Made by a program: the position numbers and the translations under genes. Shown piece by piece: positions 54,428 through 64,000 of a DNA stretch of 64,000 bases. The notes under the pieces were generated by a model that saw only the letters and a program-made list of their open reading frames with translations, did not search any database and was not told the origin of the DNA. Every line of letters starts with the position of its first letter. Position 1 is the first letter of the stretch. The DNA is from an uncultured Chloroflexia bacterium (GTDB lineage: Bacteria; Chloroflexota; Anaerolineae; JAAYZQ01). The stretch is from NCBI GenBank assembly GCA_963700285.1, contig CAVOXA010000001.1:704001-768000 (forward strand), given 5' to 3'.

Positions 54428-55252
54428 ATGATGTTTGAGAAGATAGATCCCTTTGTGTTGGCTAGCGGTTTTCAGTCCCCCGAAGGGCCTAGTTTTGACC
54501 GGGAAGGTACCCTGCATTTTGTGGACTGGGACGCGCAGGTGGTCTACCGTGTCACTTTGGATGGCAAGGTGTCCCCCTTTGTCAATACGGCTGGCGTGCC
54601 GACGGGTTCCAAGTTCCACCGGAACGGCCATCTGTTCGTGGCTGATGGGGATCGAGGCATCCTGGATGTCTCGGCTGAGGGGAAGGTGCGCGTGGTCGCT
54701 TCCGGCTGGGAAGGACGGCGCTTTCGTGGCCCCAATGACCTGGTTTTCGCCGCCAACGGCGATCTCTATTTCACCGATCCCAAGGGCTCCGATCCTGAGC
54801 ACCCCATCGGCAACGTCTTCCTCATGCGCCAGGATGGCCATGTCGAGCGCTTTGCCGGAGGATTCCAATTCCCCAATGGTATTGTCCTCTCTGATGATGG
54901 CCGGACGCTGTATTTGGGTGAAACCTACCCCAATCACGTTCTGGCCTTCGACCTGGACGAACAAGGCCACGAGCAGGCCCGGCGAGTATTTGCCAGGCTG
55001 GAGGGCGGCCTGGGGCCCGATGGCATGGCCTTTGGACGAGACGGCAACTTGTATGTGGCCCATTATGGTAAGGGGGCCGTAGCCGTGATCGATCCTGGGG
55101 GCAGGGTGATCGCGGAACTGCCGGTTGGGGGCATGAACCCAACCAACGTCGCTTTCTGGGAGTCCAGCCTGTTCGTCACCGAAGTGGAAAAGGGCCAAGT
55201 CGTGCGGCTGGACATTGGCGTTGAGGGTCAAGTGCTGTATGGCCTCACCTGA
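54428..55252 (+). CDS. SMP-30/gluconolactonase/LRE family protein
   Basis: PEGP, GPNDL, YFTDP, FPNGI, PDGMA and PTNVAF motifs. Confidence 0.92.
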   Translation: MMFEKIDPFVLASGFQSPEGPSFDREGTLHFVDWDAQVVYRVTLDGKVSPFVNTAGVPTGSKFHRNGHLFVADGDRGILDVSAEGKVRVVASGWEGRRFRGPNDLVFAANGDLYFTDPKGSDPEHPIGNVFLMRQDGHVERFAGGFQFPNGIVLSDDGRTLYLGETYPNHVLAFDLDEQGHEQARRVFARLEGGLGPDGMAFGRDGNLYVAHYGKGAVAVIDPGGRVIAELPVGGMNPTNVAFWESSLFVTEVEKGQVVRLDIGVEGQVLYGLT

Positions 55253-55336
55253 CCCCTTTTCTCTTGTCCCAGCAAGTTGGGAACTCCCAGGCTGGATCGT
55301 GCAAACTGTTCGGGCACGGAAAGCTGAGGCTGTGAC

Positions 55337-56149
55337 ATGAAGCGTCTCGAAGGGAAGGTTGCGCTGATAACCGGCGCCTCGCGGGGCATCGGCCGCGGGA
55401 TCGCGCTGTGCCTGGCAGCTGAGGGGGCAGATATCGTTGTCAACTACCGGTCTCATGGCGATGAGGCGCGAGAGGTAGCCAACTGCATCCAGCAGATGGG
55501 TTGCCGCAGCCTGGTCTGCCGTGGCGATGTAGCTGAGCGGGACGCCGTCGTAGAGATGTTTGCCAAAGCCGTGGAGCATTATGGCCGCATCGACATCGTA
55601 GTGGCCAATGCCGGGATCAACATTCCAGGCTCCGTACTGGAGGCCGACTGGCAGAGCGTGCTGCGCGTCATCCAGGTCAGCCAGTTTGGCGTATTTCACA
55701 CGGCTCAGCTTGGGGCCCAACAGATGGTGAGACAGGCGTCGAGCGGCCATAGCGGAGGTAAGATCATCCTTGTCGGGTCCATCCACGAGCAGCTTGCGGT
55801 CCCCAGCAGCGCGGCGTACAATATGGCCAAGGCGGCGGTGGGCCACCTGGCCAGGACTATGGCTCTGGAGCTGGCGCCCTATCGGATCAACGTCAACATA
55901 GTCGCCCCAGGCCGCATCGACACTCCATCGACGCGTGGCTTTCTGGAGGGGAAGCGGTTGGAGGAAGCAAACCGGCATATTCCGTGGGGCCGGGTGGGGA
56001 CACCGGAGGAGATTGGCAAGGCCGTGGCCTACCTGGCCAGTGACGACGCCGACTATGTGACCGGAGCGACGTTGGTCATCGATGGCGGTTTTTCCATCAA
56101 CCTAGATCTGAGGATAGGGGAGTCGGACGTCTGGGGGAAACAAGATTAA
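55337..56149 (+). CDS. Short-chain dehydrogenase/reductase (glucose 1-dehydrogenase-like)
   Basis: TGASRGIG, VNYRS, ANAG, SIHE and YNMAK motifs. Confidence 0.92.
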   Translation: MKRLEGKVALITGASRGIGRGIALCLAAEGADIVVNYRSHGDEAREVANCIQQMGCRSLVCRGDVAERDAVVEMFAKAVEHYGRIDIVVANAGINIPGSVLEADWQSVLRVIQVSQFGVFHTAQLGAQQMVRQASSGHSGGKIILVGSIHEQLAVPSSAAYNMAKAAVGHLARTMALELAPYRINVNIVAPGRIDTPSTRGFLEGKRLEEANRHIPWGRVGTPEEIGKAVAYLASDDADYVTGATLVIDGGFSINLDLRIGESDVWGKQD

Positions 56150-56222
56150 GTCAGACCTGGTTGGTCAGAGTCTGTTGACCAATCCATGGCTGGCATGGAT
56201 AGTCCCGAACTCGGCAGATTAG

Positions 56223-57571
56223 CTACAACTGGGCATCACACGCGAGTTCCTGATTGCCACGATTGGCCACAAGCTTGAGGCGTTGGAGTTCCTTCACGTA
56301 TCTAGCGCCCTGCAAGTAGGGATAGACTGTGTTGTTGTGCAGGAGCGGGTCGACCCGCGGGGACAGGACGGTGTCGCCGTCCGGGGTGCCGGGGATGGGT
56401 GAGAACAGGGCCAGCTTGGCCTGGACGCCCAACCGGTGGGCGGCGCGTATGGTGGCCGCTACCTCTGAGAGGGGCTGGCCCGGTAGGCCAGCCAGGATGT
56501 AGGCCCCCAACTCGTGCGAACGAAAACCGGCTTCCCTAAGATGTGCGACTGCCTGTGCAAAGGCACCGGTGGTGACTTTGCCCCCAGTGGACTGCTGCCG
56601 GGCAGCGTCGACCGTCTCCAGCGACAGGCGGATCGAGGCAAAGCCCGCCCTGCGCAGCAGTACAGCCAAGTCGGCGGTGATCTCCCTGGCGTGCAGACCA
56701 TTGGGTGTGTAGAAGCGGACTTGCTCCCCCCCTGCCAGTACCCTTTCCAGGATGGGCACGATGTGGCGTTCCGCATTCAGTAGCAGGGCGTCGTCGTAGA
56801 AGGCGAAATCGTGCACGCCGCGCCGCGCGCAGTCCAAGATCTCGTCGGCGACTGCGGCGGGCTCCCGCTGGACAAAGGCCGGCTGCAGGCGGCGCTGGCG
56901 CAGTAGGTGCAGTCGTATGGGCAGCCCCAGGAGGTGAGCACACTGGCGAACCCGCGAGGAGAAGAAGGATGGAACAGCAAGTCGTGCGCGGGTGGCGGCC
57001 AGGCGCGAGCATCGGCGTAGGGGCCGGAGTCGAAACTGAAGCCAGTCACCTTTCCAGCCAGGCGCAAGGCCGCAGCCAGGCCCGGGCCGGATATCACCTC
57101 GTCAGCCCCAGAGTGCTCCCAGGCATGCTCCGGGCAGAGAGTAGCATATACGCCTCCAAGGACAACGGGCACCGGGCCAAACTGTGTCCGTACGTGGCGG
57201 ATCGCCTCTACCACGCCAGGATACCAGTAGGTCATGCCCGAAGCGACCATCACCAGGTCAGGGCGCAGCGTGGCTGCCAAGGCTGCATCGAAACGATCCA
57301 GGGGCAGGCCAAAGCGTCCGTAATGGCGCGGGACGGTAGACACCGGTTCCGGCTTGTCGATGATGGTCTTGAGGAACTTGCCCGAGCCATCGGAACGGGG
57401 CTGGGGCGCGCCAGGGAAGGGCGCGAGGCAGTCGATGAGGGTGACGCCGTAGCTATTGTTGCGCAGGGCAGCGGCAACAGTCAGAAGCCCCAATGGCTCG
57501 ATCCAGAGGTTGTGGGCTGCAAAGTCATAGATCCAGGGATTGATGAGGAGAATCTGGCCCTTGACGTCCAT
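56223..57571 (-). CDS. B12-binding-domain radical SAM protein, frameshift near 56894
   Basis: LLINPWIYDFAA..PLGL, SGMTYWYPG, GGVYATL, GCPYDCTYC. Adding one C gives ASRRLQPAF..EILDCARRGVHDFAFYDD and joins ORF 56223..56837. Confidence 0.85.
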
Positions 57572-57577
57572 GGGGGT

Positions 57578-57606
57578 ATTATACTGCCTGGCTGTACCCG
57601 AGACAA
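57578..57606 (-). promoter_or_regulatory. Putative promoter giving a leaderless radical SAM mRNA
   Basis: Minus strand TTGTCT-N17-TATAAT, ending 6 nt before the ATG; no Shine-Dalgarno. Confidence 0.6.
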
Positions 57607-57856
57607 GCTGGGTGCCAACTATAATCGGGCTCGAGTAATGGTTTGGCGACCCATGTCCAGGTGACGGGCGAGATCTCCGGACTTAGCCCCAAGGATACTT
57701 GCCCAGCAATCGCCAATGCCTTGCATTTGCCTCTTCTAAACCTATGGATTACCATAGAAATTGTGTGAAAACAGGCGAAAAAAGGAACAAACCCCTCAGG
57801 TCCCTGATTGACTACTCGCTACGTATGGGGCGAGACTTGGTACCTGGTGAGGTTTC

Positions 57857-58495
57857 ATGATAGAATGCCCCATTGTGATTGAGGATAAGAGAGTAGAGGC
57901 GCCAGTAGCAGGCATCGTGCTGGCCGCCGGCGGGTCGGAGCGCATGGGAGAGCCCAAACAACTATTACCCATCGACGGCCAGCCGATGGTGCGCCGGGTG
58001 GTGGACGTAGTGTGTGGGGCAGGGCTGGACCAGGTCGTTGTGGTTACGGGTGCCTACGCCGGCCAGGTATCGCAAGCCCTAGTTGGCTTGCCCGTGGAGT
58101 TCGTGACCAACGAGGCGTGGCCCGAGGGTATGAGTGCTTCCTTGCGCAGGGGGCTTGGCGCCCTGCGTCCAGAGATCCAGGCGTCCATCATCGTGCTGGC
58201 CGATCAACCGACGCTGACGTCCGATGTGCTGTCAGCCCTGGTAGCTCGCTACCGGGCCACAGGGGCGCCCATCGTGGCGCCTGTATGGCAGGGGCGACGC
58301 GGCAACCCGGTGCTTTTTGACCGGAGGCTCTTTGCCGCTCTGTTGGCGGTGGAGGGAGACCAAGGGGGGCGGGTTCTTCTGACCCGCTATGCTGCCCAAG
58401 TGGAGCAAGTCGAGGTTGACGGTGCTGCCGTGTTATTTGACGTCGATACGCTGCAAGACTATGAAGAAGCACAGAAATTGAGTACCCGGTTGTGA
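57857..58495 (+). CDS. MocA-like nucleotidyltransferase (molybdenum cofactor cytidylyltransferase family); start may be GTG at 57875
   Basis: VLAAGGSERMGEPKQLL, GMSASL, LADQP, GNPVLF, GDQGGR and DVDT motifs. Confidence 0.88.
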   Translation: MIECPIVIEDKRVEAPVAGIVLAAGGSERMGEPKQLLPIDGQPMVRRVVDVVCGAGLDQVVVVTGAYAGQVSQALVGLPVEFVTNEAWPEGMSASLRRGLGALRPEIQASIIVLADQPTLTSDVLSALVARYRATGAPIVAPVWQGRRGNPVLFDRRLFAALLAVEGDQGGRVLLTRYAAQVEQVEVDGAAVLFDVDTLQDYEEAQKLSTRL

Positions 58496-59730
58496 GTACC
58501 GTGAACCCCGTGACTGGTCCCAAGTGGCGCACGCTCGGGCTACTAGCCCTGGCGGTGCTGCTGGCCATGTCGTTGTGGTTCTCCGCCTCCGCGGTGGTTC
58601 CCCAGTTGACGGCGGTCTGGCGCCTGAGTGGGGGGCAGCAGTCGTGGTTGACCATGAGCGTACAGATCGGATTTGTGGTGGGCACTCTGCTGAGCGCACT
58701 GCTCAACCTGGCCGACCGGCTATCGCTGCGCTGGTTGATAGCGGGCAGCGCGCTGGCAGGGGCAGCTTGCAACGCGGCCATCGCTCTGTTTGTACGCAGC
58801 CCGGAACCGGCGATGTTCCTGCGCTTCCTGACCGGTATGACCATGGCCGGAGTCTACCCGCCAGGCATGAAGTTAGTGGCCACCTGGTGCAAGGAAGACC
58901 GGGGCTTGGGTATTGGTCTGCTGGTGGGAGCACTAACGGTTGGCTCGGCCATGCCCCACCTTCTGAACGCGCTGCCTGGGCTGGCGAGCGATATCAACAT
59001 TCCAGCGTGGCGCATGGTGCTCCTGGCATCATCGGTGCTGGCGCTGGTAGCTGCTGGGATCGCCGCACGCTTTGTTCGGGCTGGCCCGATGCTGCCGCCG
59101 GCCGTTCACTTCAATTGGCGCCTGGCGGGACTGGGCCTGACGGACCGGGCCGCGCGCCTGGCCAACTTTGGCTATCTGGGGCACATGTGGGAGTTGTATG
59201 CCATGTGGGCCTGGGTACCGCTGTTTCTCCTGGTGAGCTATGAACAGGCCGGTTGGAGCGAGGCGGCCGCCCGCCTGGCAGGCTTTGCCGTGGTGGCGGC
59301 TGGGGCCGCGGGCAGCGTGGCTGCCGGGTTGCTGGCTGACCGGTGGGGGCGTACCGCCATTACGACCATCAGCTTGGTCATCTCGGGAAGTTGTGCCTTG
59401 GTGGTCGGCTCCTTCTTTGGGTCGCCGGGTCTGCTCACGGCCCTGTGCCTGGTCTGGGGCTTTGCCGTCGTGGCCGACAGCGCCCAGTTCAGCACGGCCA
59501 TCAGCGAACTCGGCGATCCGCGCTACGTGGGCACCGCTCTGACGGTGCAGACCTGCCTGGGCTTCACCCTGACACTGTTCAGCATCCGCCTCATTCCACT
59601 ACTTGTGGAAGCGATAGGCTGGCAATGGGCTTTTGTGGTGCTTGCTCTGGGGCCGTTATTCGGTATCTGGAGCATGTTGCGTCTGCGGCGTCTGCCGGAC
59701 GCGGCCAAGATGGCATCTGGAAATCGGTGA
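58492..59730 (+). CDS. MFS transporter
   Basis: About 12 TM segments; SLWFSASA, VYPPGMK, GHMWELYAMW and ADRWGR motifs. Confidence 0.9.
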   Translation: MSTVNPVTGPKWRTLGLLALAVLLAMSLWFSASAVVPQLTAVWRLSGGQQSWLTMSVQIGFVVGTLLSALLNLADRLSLRWLIAGSALAGAACNAAIALFVRSPEPAMFLRFLTGMTMAGVYPPGMKLVATWCKEDRGLGIGLLVGALTVGSAMPHLLNALPGLASDINIPAWRMVLLASSVLALVAAGIAARFVRAGPMLPPAVHFNWRLAGLGLTDRAARLANFGYLGHMWELYAMWAWVPLFLLVSYEQAGWSEAAARLAGFAVVAAGAAGSVAAGLLADRWGRTAITTISLVISGSCALVVGSFFGSPGLLTALCLVWGFAVVADSAQFSTAISELGDPRYVGTALTVQTCLGFTLTLFSIRLIPLLVEAIGWQWAFVVLALGPLFGIWSMLRLRRLPDAAKMASGNR

Positions 59731-59748
59731 TCGCAGAGGGAGTAGCGG

Positions 59749-60597
59749 ATGAGTGCGAAGCAAGAGGCAAAACCCAGGAGGAAAATGACAAAGCTAGAAG
59801 ACGGACTGCGTATTCTTGAACATTTGGTAATCGATGTAGATGGAGTACTGTACCGGGGCACTGAGGCCATCCCTGGAACAGGCGCTTTCTTGGACTTTTT
59901 GCGAGGGCAGGGGATAGGCTTTGTGCTGGCGACCAACAACGCGACGCGTACGCCGGAGCAGTATGCGGAAAAGCTCTTAGGTATGGGCGTGATGGTCCGC
60001 CCCGAGGAGATACTCAACTCAGCCCAGGCCACGGCCAGCTACCTGGCGGGCATTGCACCGCAGGGAACCCGCGTTTTTGTCATCGGTCAGGAGGGGCTCA
60101 TCTCGGCGCTGCGCGACGAGGGCTTTGAGCTGGTGGACGAGCATGCGGAGTATGTGGTTGCCGGCATGGACTTTACCATCGGCTACGACCGGCTGGCTGA
60201 TGCAACCCTTCAGATTCGCGCTGGGGCGCAATTCATTGGCACCAACCCGGACCGGACCTTTCCCAGTGAGCGGGGGATTGTACCCGGGGCCGGCTCCTTG
60301 CTGGCGTTTCTGGAGACTGCCACAGACGTCAAGCCAACGGTCATTGGCAAGCCGGGGACGGCCATGATAGAGCAGGCTCTGACCCGCATGGGCGCCCGAG
60401 CTGCAACCACAGGCATGCTTGGCGACCGGCTGGAGACCGATATCCTGGCCGGACAACGGGCTGGGTTGCATACCTTGCTGGTACTCAGCGGGGTTACCGA
60501 CCGGGAGATGCTTAGGGAAGCGGCGATCCAGCCAGATCTGGTATTCCAGGATGTGGGAGACCTGCATGCAGTGTGGCAGGGTGTACTGGATGGCTGA
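59749..60597 (+). CDS. HAD-IIA family hydrolase (NagD-like)
   Basis: [19 protein letters not shown] and GDRLETDI motifs. Confidence 0.92.
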   Translation: MSAKQEAKPRRKMTKLEDGLRILEHLVIDVDGVLYRGTEAIPGTGAFLDFLRGQGIGFVLATNNATRTPEQYAEKLLGMGVMVRPEEILNSAQATASYLAGIAPQGTRVFVIGQEGLISALRDEGFELVDEHAEYVVAGMDFTIGYDRLADATLQIRAGAQFIGTNPDRTFPSERGIVPGAGSLLAFLETATDVKPTVIGKPGTAMIEQALTRMGARAATTGMLGDRLETDILAGQRAGLHTLLVLSGVTDREMLREAAIQPDLVFQDVGDLHAVWQGVLDG

Positions 60598-61732
60598 GCC
60601 TCGGCTGAACGGTGGCTGCCGCACGAAGGCGGACCGTCTCATACTATACGACCTGACCTATGAGCAACTGGCCGAACTTCTCTCTGGCTGGGGTGAGCCT
60701 CGCTTCCGCACGGACCAGGTATGGCGCTGGCTCTATCGATCGCTGGCCGGCGATTTCGGAGCCATGGGCAATCTGCCGTCAGAGCTAAGGGCGCGCTTGG
60801 CCGCCGAAACTGAACTGCCTGTGCTGTTCCCGCTGGCGGAGCAGGTATCAGCCAGCGGACAGACGCGCAAGGCCCTGTTCCGGTTGGGCGATGGGAATAC
60901 CTTGGAAAGCGTTCTGATGCAGTACCATGACCGGCGGACGGCTTGCATCTCGACCCAGGTGGGTTGTGCCATGGGCTGCACCTTTTGTGCCACGGGGCAG
61001 GGCGGTTTGGCCCGAAACCTCTCGGCAGGCGAGATCGTGGCTCAGGTCCTATACCTCGCCAGGGCGGTACGGCAAGAGGAGCTGGAACGGGCGGAGGCAC
61101 TGGGACAGCGCAGTCAGATCCCCGATCACCCAGTGAGCAACATTGTCCTGATGGGCATGGGCGAGCCCTTGGCCAACTATCGTGCGACGTGGCAGGCTAT
61201 CGAAACCCTGACGGATCCTCGGGGCTATGACTTGGGAGCGCGGCGGATTACCCTCTCGACGGTGGGGCTGGTTCCCGGCATCCGGCGGTTGGCCGAGGAA
61301 GGCTTGGCCGTCAATCTGGCCGTGTCGCTTCACGCACCTAGCGATGACTTGCGAGACCAGCTTGTCGCTATCAATCGGCGCTATCCACTGTCCGAGCTGA
61401 TGGCGGCCGTTCGTGGGTATGCGGAGCGCACGCGGCGGCGGGTCACGGTTGAGTACGCGCTCATTGCTGGCGTCAACGATGCCCCTCAGCAGGCCCTCCA
61501 GCTGGCTGGGCTGCTGAGTGGCTTGTTGTGTCATGTGAATCTGATTCCGCTGAACCCGACGCCTGGTTCAGACCTGAGACCGTCGTCCCGGGATCAGGCG
61601 GATACTTTTCGTGACGTACTGGAAGGAGCTGGGATACCGACGACGGTGCGGATGCGGCGAGGTATCGATATTGAGGCTGGTTGCGGCCAGTTGCGCCAGC
61701 GTCAGGATGGCTCCCAGCTTGTTGGTGGATAA
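60590..61732 (+). CDS. rlmN: 23S rRNA (adenine(2503)-C2)-methyltransferase RlmN
   Basis: [34 protein letters not shown] and [12 protein letters not shown] motifs. Confidence 0.95.
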   Translation: MAEPRLNGGCRTKADRLILYDLTYEQLAELLSGWGEPRFRTDQVWRWLYRSLAGDFGAMGNLPSELRARLAAETELPVLFPLAEQVSASGQTRKALFRLGDGNTLESVLMQYHDRRTACISTQVGCAMGCTFCATGQGGLARNLSAGEIVAQVLYLARAVRQEELERAEALGQRSQIPDHPVSNIVLMGMGEPLANYRATWQAIETLTDPRGYDLGARRITLSTVGLVPGIRRLAEEGLAVNLAVSLHAPSDDLRDQLVAINRRYPLSELMAAVRGYAERTRRRVTVEYALIAGVNDAPQQALQLAGLLSGLLCHVNLIPLNPTPGSDLRPSSRDQADTFRDVLEGAGIPTTVRMRRGIDIEAGCGQLRQRQDGSQLVGG

Positions 61733-61773
61733 CAGTCTAAGGCCAGAATTGCGGCAACTCTCTGCTCGAGCAC

Positions 61774-61802
61774 TTGCATTTTTGCTCAAAAGCGGGTATG
61801 AT
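61774..61802 (+). promoter_or_regulatory. Putative sigma70 promoter of rpe
   Basis: TTGCAT-N17-TATGAT. Confidence 0.55.
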
Positions 61803-61828
61803 ATCGTTGATTCCATTTGGAGCGCATT

Positions 61829-62500
61829 GTGACTAGACGTAAGGTCAAGATTGCACCATCCATTCTGTCTGCAGACTTTGCCCGTCTCGGCGAGCAAGTA
61901 GCCGAGGCGGAGGCCGCAGGCGGCGACTATATCCACGTAGATGTGATGGATGGCCATTTTGTACCCAACATCACTATCGGTCCGCTGGTAGTCAAGGCCG
62001 TGCGTCGCTCTACGCACCTGCCAGTGGATGTGCATTTGATGATCGAGACGCCGGAGCGTTACCTGGCTGACTTCTGTGCCGCTGGCGCCGACAACCTGAC
62101 GGTACATGTGGAGACCTGTCCTCACTTGCACCGGACGATCCACCAGATCAAGGAACTGGGCTGCCGAGCTGGGGTAGTACTCAACCCCTCTACGCCGGTG
62201 GTCGCCCTTGAAGAGATCATTCCAGACGTTGATCTGGTTCTGGTGATGACAGTGAATCCCGGCTTCGGAGGTCAGGTGTTCATCGAAGGAATGCTGTCCA
62301 AGATCCAGCGGGTACGGGCGATGCTGGATGAACAGGGCTCTGAAGCAGAGATTGAGGTCGATGGGGGCATAGATCCAAAGACGGCAGCCCGCGTGGCTGC
62401 AGCCGGGGCGACGGTACTGGTGGCCGGGTCTGCGATATTCGGCGCGCAGGAGGGTATCGCGGAAGCGATCTCTTGCATTCGGGCAGCCGCTGCAGGATAG
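61829..62500 (+). CDS. rpe: Ribulose-phosphate 3-epimerase
   Basis: [32 protein letters not shown] and EVDGGI motifs. Confidence 0.97.
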   Translation: MTRRKVKIAPSILSADFARLGEQVAEAEAAGGDYIHVDVMDGHFVPNITIGPLVVKAVRRSTHLPVDVHLMIETPERYLADFCAAGADNLTVHVETCPHLHRTIHQIKELGCRAGVVLNPSTPVVALEEIIPDVDLVLVMTVNPGFGGQVFIEGMLSKIQRVRAMLDEQGSEAEIEVDGGIDPKTAARVAAAGATVLVAGSAIFGAQEGIAEAISCIRAAAAG

Positions 62501-62625
62501 GTGTCAGTTTTGAGAGCGTTTGCTTCCGCGCCGGGCGTCGCGCTCCGGATTGACACGGCGCACAACAAAGGCCAGATCTGGAATGCTACGCCAGAACTGG
62601 CCCAGGTGGAAAATCAGAGGGGGAA

Positions 62626-62805
62626 CTAGGATTTGCTAAGCGTACGCAGACAGCGGGTACAGACCTTCATTTTGAGGTGCTTTCCATCTTGGTAGACGGT
62701 AACCTTCTGGATATTTGGCTTCCACTGCCGCTTGGTCCTGACGTTGGAGTGGCTGACACTATGCCCGAAGGATGGAGTCTTGCCACATATCTCACACTTG
62801 GCCAT
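62626..62805 (-). CDS. rpmB: 50S ribosomal protein L28 (zinc-ribbon type, 59 aa)
   Basis: Hand translation [59 protein letters not shown]; AGGAGAG Shine-Dalgarno; below the ORF-track size cutoff. Confidence 0.96.
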   Translation of the reverse strand: MAKCEICGKTPSFGHSVSHSNVRTKRQWKPNIQKVTVYQDGKHLKMKVCTRCLRTLSKS

Positions 62806-62957
62806 GATTGCATCTCTCCTACATAGATAGAGCCAGCTAACACGACAGCTGGCCCCGAAAGGTCCGTTTGTGGAACTATGTTACCACAAGCCAGATTTTT
62901 TCGCAAACCAGGTGTGGTCTGGTGCACACAGTGTGACGGGAAAAGGTGGGTTGACTA

Positions 62958-63308
62958 ATGGAAGTAACTAGGCTGGGCAGGATTGAAGTGTCGCCCACGG
63001 CCATTGGCAGTCTCGCCAGTCAGGCCGTACTGGAATGCTATGGCGTCGTGGGCATGGCGACCAAGGATCTGGCTAGTGGCATCGTCGAGATCCTACAGCC
63101 TGCCAGTCACCGGCGTGGTGTAGATGTTCACCTGGACGATGATGACCTCGTGATAGACCTTTACGTTGTAATGGAGTATGGGACGCGTATCGCGGTCGTG
63201 GCCCGGAACATTCAGAGCACAGTCAAGTATGCAGTGGAGAAGGCATTGAGTGCTCCGGTGGCCACGGTGAACGTGCATGTACAGGATCTGCGGGTCAGTG
63301 GCGACTGA
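62958..63308 (+). CDS. Asp23/Gls24 family protein (YloU-like)
   Basis: LGRIEVS, ECYGVVGM, RGV, YGTRI and VNVHVQ motifs; upstream of the DAK2 gene. Confidence 0.9.
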   Translation: MEVTRLGRIEVSPTAIGSLASQAVLECYGVVGMATKDLASGIVEILQPASHRRGVDVHLDDDDLVIDLYVVMEYGTRIAVVARNIQSTVKYAVEKALSAPVATVNVHVQDLRVSGD

Positions 63309-63372
63309 CCTGGAACTGGACCCATGATGGTACCAGACTTCCACTGCCAAAAATAGCCAGGAGGCAGAGGCT

Positions 63373-64000
63373 TTGACCAACGAGCTGAAAATCACGGACG
63401 ACCTGATGGCAGAACCGAGACCTGATGCTGCCGCGTCCGCAGGTGGTAGCGATGGTGGTATCCCCCTCTGCGACGGTCGGGGGTTCAAGCTTCTGATGAG
63501 ATCGGGCCTGGCCTGGTTGGAACGCCACCAGGAAGCCATCAATACTCTGAATGTCTATCCCGTGCCCGATGGCGATACTGGCACCAATATGCTGCTGACG
63601 ATGCAGTCAGCCTACAAGGAGATCCAGGAATCACCGGAAGAGGAGGTATGTGTCATTGCCCAAAAGGTGGCGCACGGAGCCCTGATGGGAGCCAGGGGTA
63701 ATTCGGGTGTCATCTTGTCGCAGATCTTCCGAGGTTTTGCCCGGGATCTTGAAGGTGTAGATGCCTTTGGTACGATTCAGTTTGCCTCTGCGCTCCAGGA
63801 AGCGGCCAGGACTGCCTACAAGGGTGTGATCAAGCCGGTAGAGGGCACGATCTTGACGGTAGTACGCGAAGCGGCAGATGCATCAGTCCTCGCTGCTGCC
63901 AGCAGCGGGGATCTGCGCTACGTTCTGGAACAGGTAGTCAACGAAGCCCGTGACTCGGTGACGCGAACTCCAAGCTTGCTCCAGGTACTGGCCGATGCTG
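63373..64000 (+). CDS. fakA: DAK2-domain fatty acid kinase subunit A (YloV/FakA), 3' end runs off the window
   Basis: Hand translation from TTG at 63373: INTLNVYPVPDGDTGTNM, GARGNSGVILSQ, KPVEGTILTV. Confidence 0.92.
   Translation, partial: MTNELKITDDLMAEPRPDAAASAGGSDGGIPLCDGRGFKLLMRSGLAWLERHQEAINTLNVYPVPDGDTGTNMLLTMQSAYKEIQESPEEEVCVIAQKVAHGALMGARGNSGVILSQIFRGFARDLEGVDAFGTIQFASALQEAARTAYKGVIKPVEGTILTVVREAADASVLAAASSGDLRYVLEQVVNEARDSVTRTPSLLQVLADA

Noticed and set aside
57857-58495. MocA-like gene as the cofactor supplier for the operon's AOR
   Set aside because: AOR-family enzymes use a bis-pterin cofactor without a cytosine dinucleotide, and the gene is in a separate transcription unit.
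62667-62927. 86-aa ORF from the track
   Set aside because: Wrong frame; the real gene is rpmB at 62626-62805.

Overview
GC-rich bacterial chromosomal segment, most likely from a Chloroflexota (Anaerolineae-like) genome. The taxonomy is inferred from protein styles: a TPR/multi-GAF kinase, a GT39 with Ig-like tails, C-terminal 'LPLV' secreted proteins and VEK-rich lipoprotein linkers. About 45 genes are supported; no rRNA, tRNA, CRISPR array, transposase or phage genes were seen. In order: (1) a cytoplasmic phosphorelay (about 2650-aa TPR-9xGAF-HisKA-HATPase-REC-REC kinase, Hpt, response regulator); (2) cell-envelope and nucleotide-metabolism genes with a 96-bp BIME-like palindromic array; (3) a secreted modular GH5, VIT1, nitrilase and ABC1 kinase; (4) a YccF / helical protein / SPFH-HTH operon; (5) hemW and aminotransferases; (6) an 18.7-kb FadR/GntR-controlled catabolic operon with a near-consensus promoter and perfect operator, encoding D- and L-threonine-aldolase-family enzymes, a sugar-type ABC importer, a UroD-like protein, six amidohydrolase-superfamily proteins, an atypical AOR-family W/Mo enzyme, a lactonase and an SDR; (7) the housekeeping block rlmN-rpe-rpmB-yloU-fakA (rpmB is missed by the ORF track). 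The best candidates for undescribed biology are the catabolic operon and a set of REP-like palindromes inserted in frame into protein loops, twice nested inside another repeat family. About nine single-base indels split or scramble five otherwise intact genes and are most simply long-read assembly errors. All family assignments come from motif recognition by eye; no searches were run.
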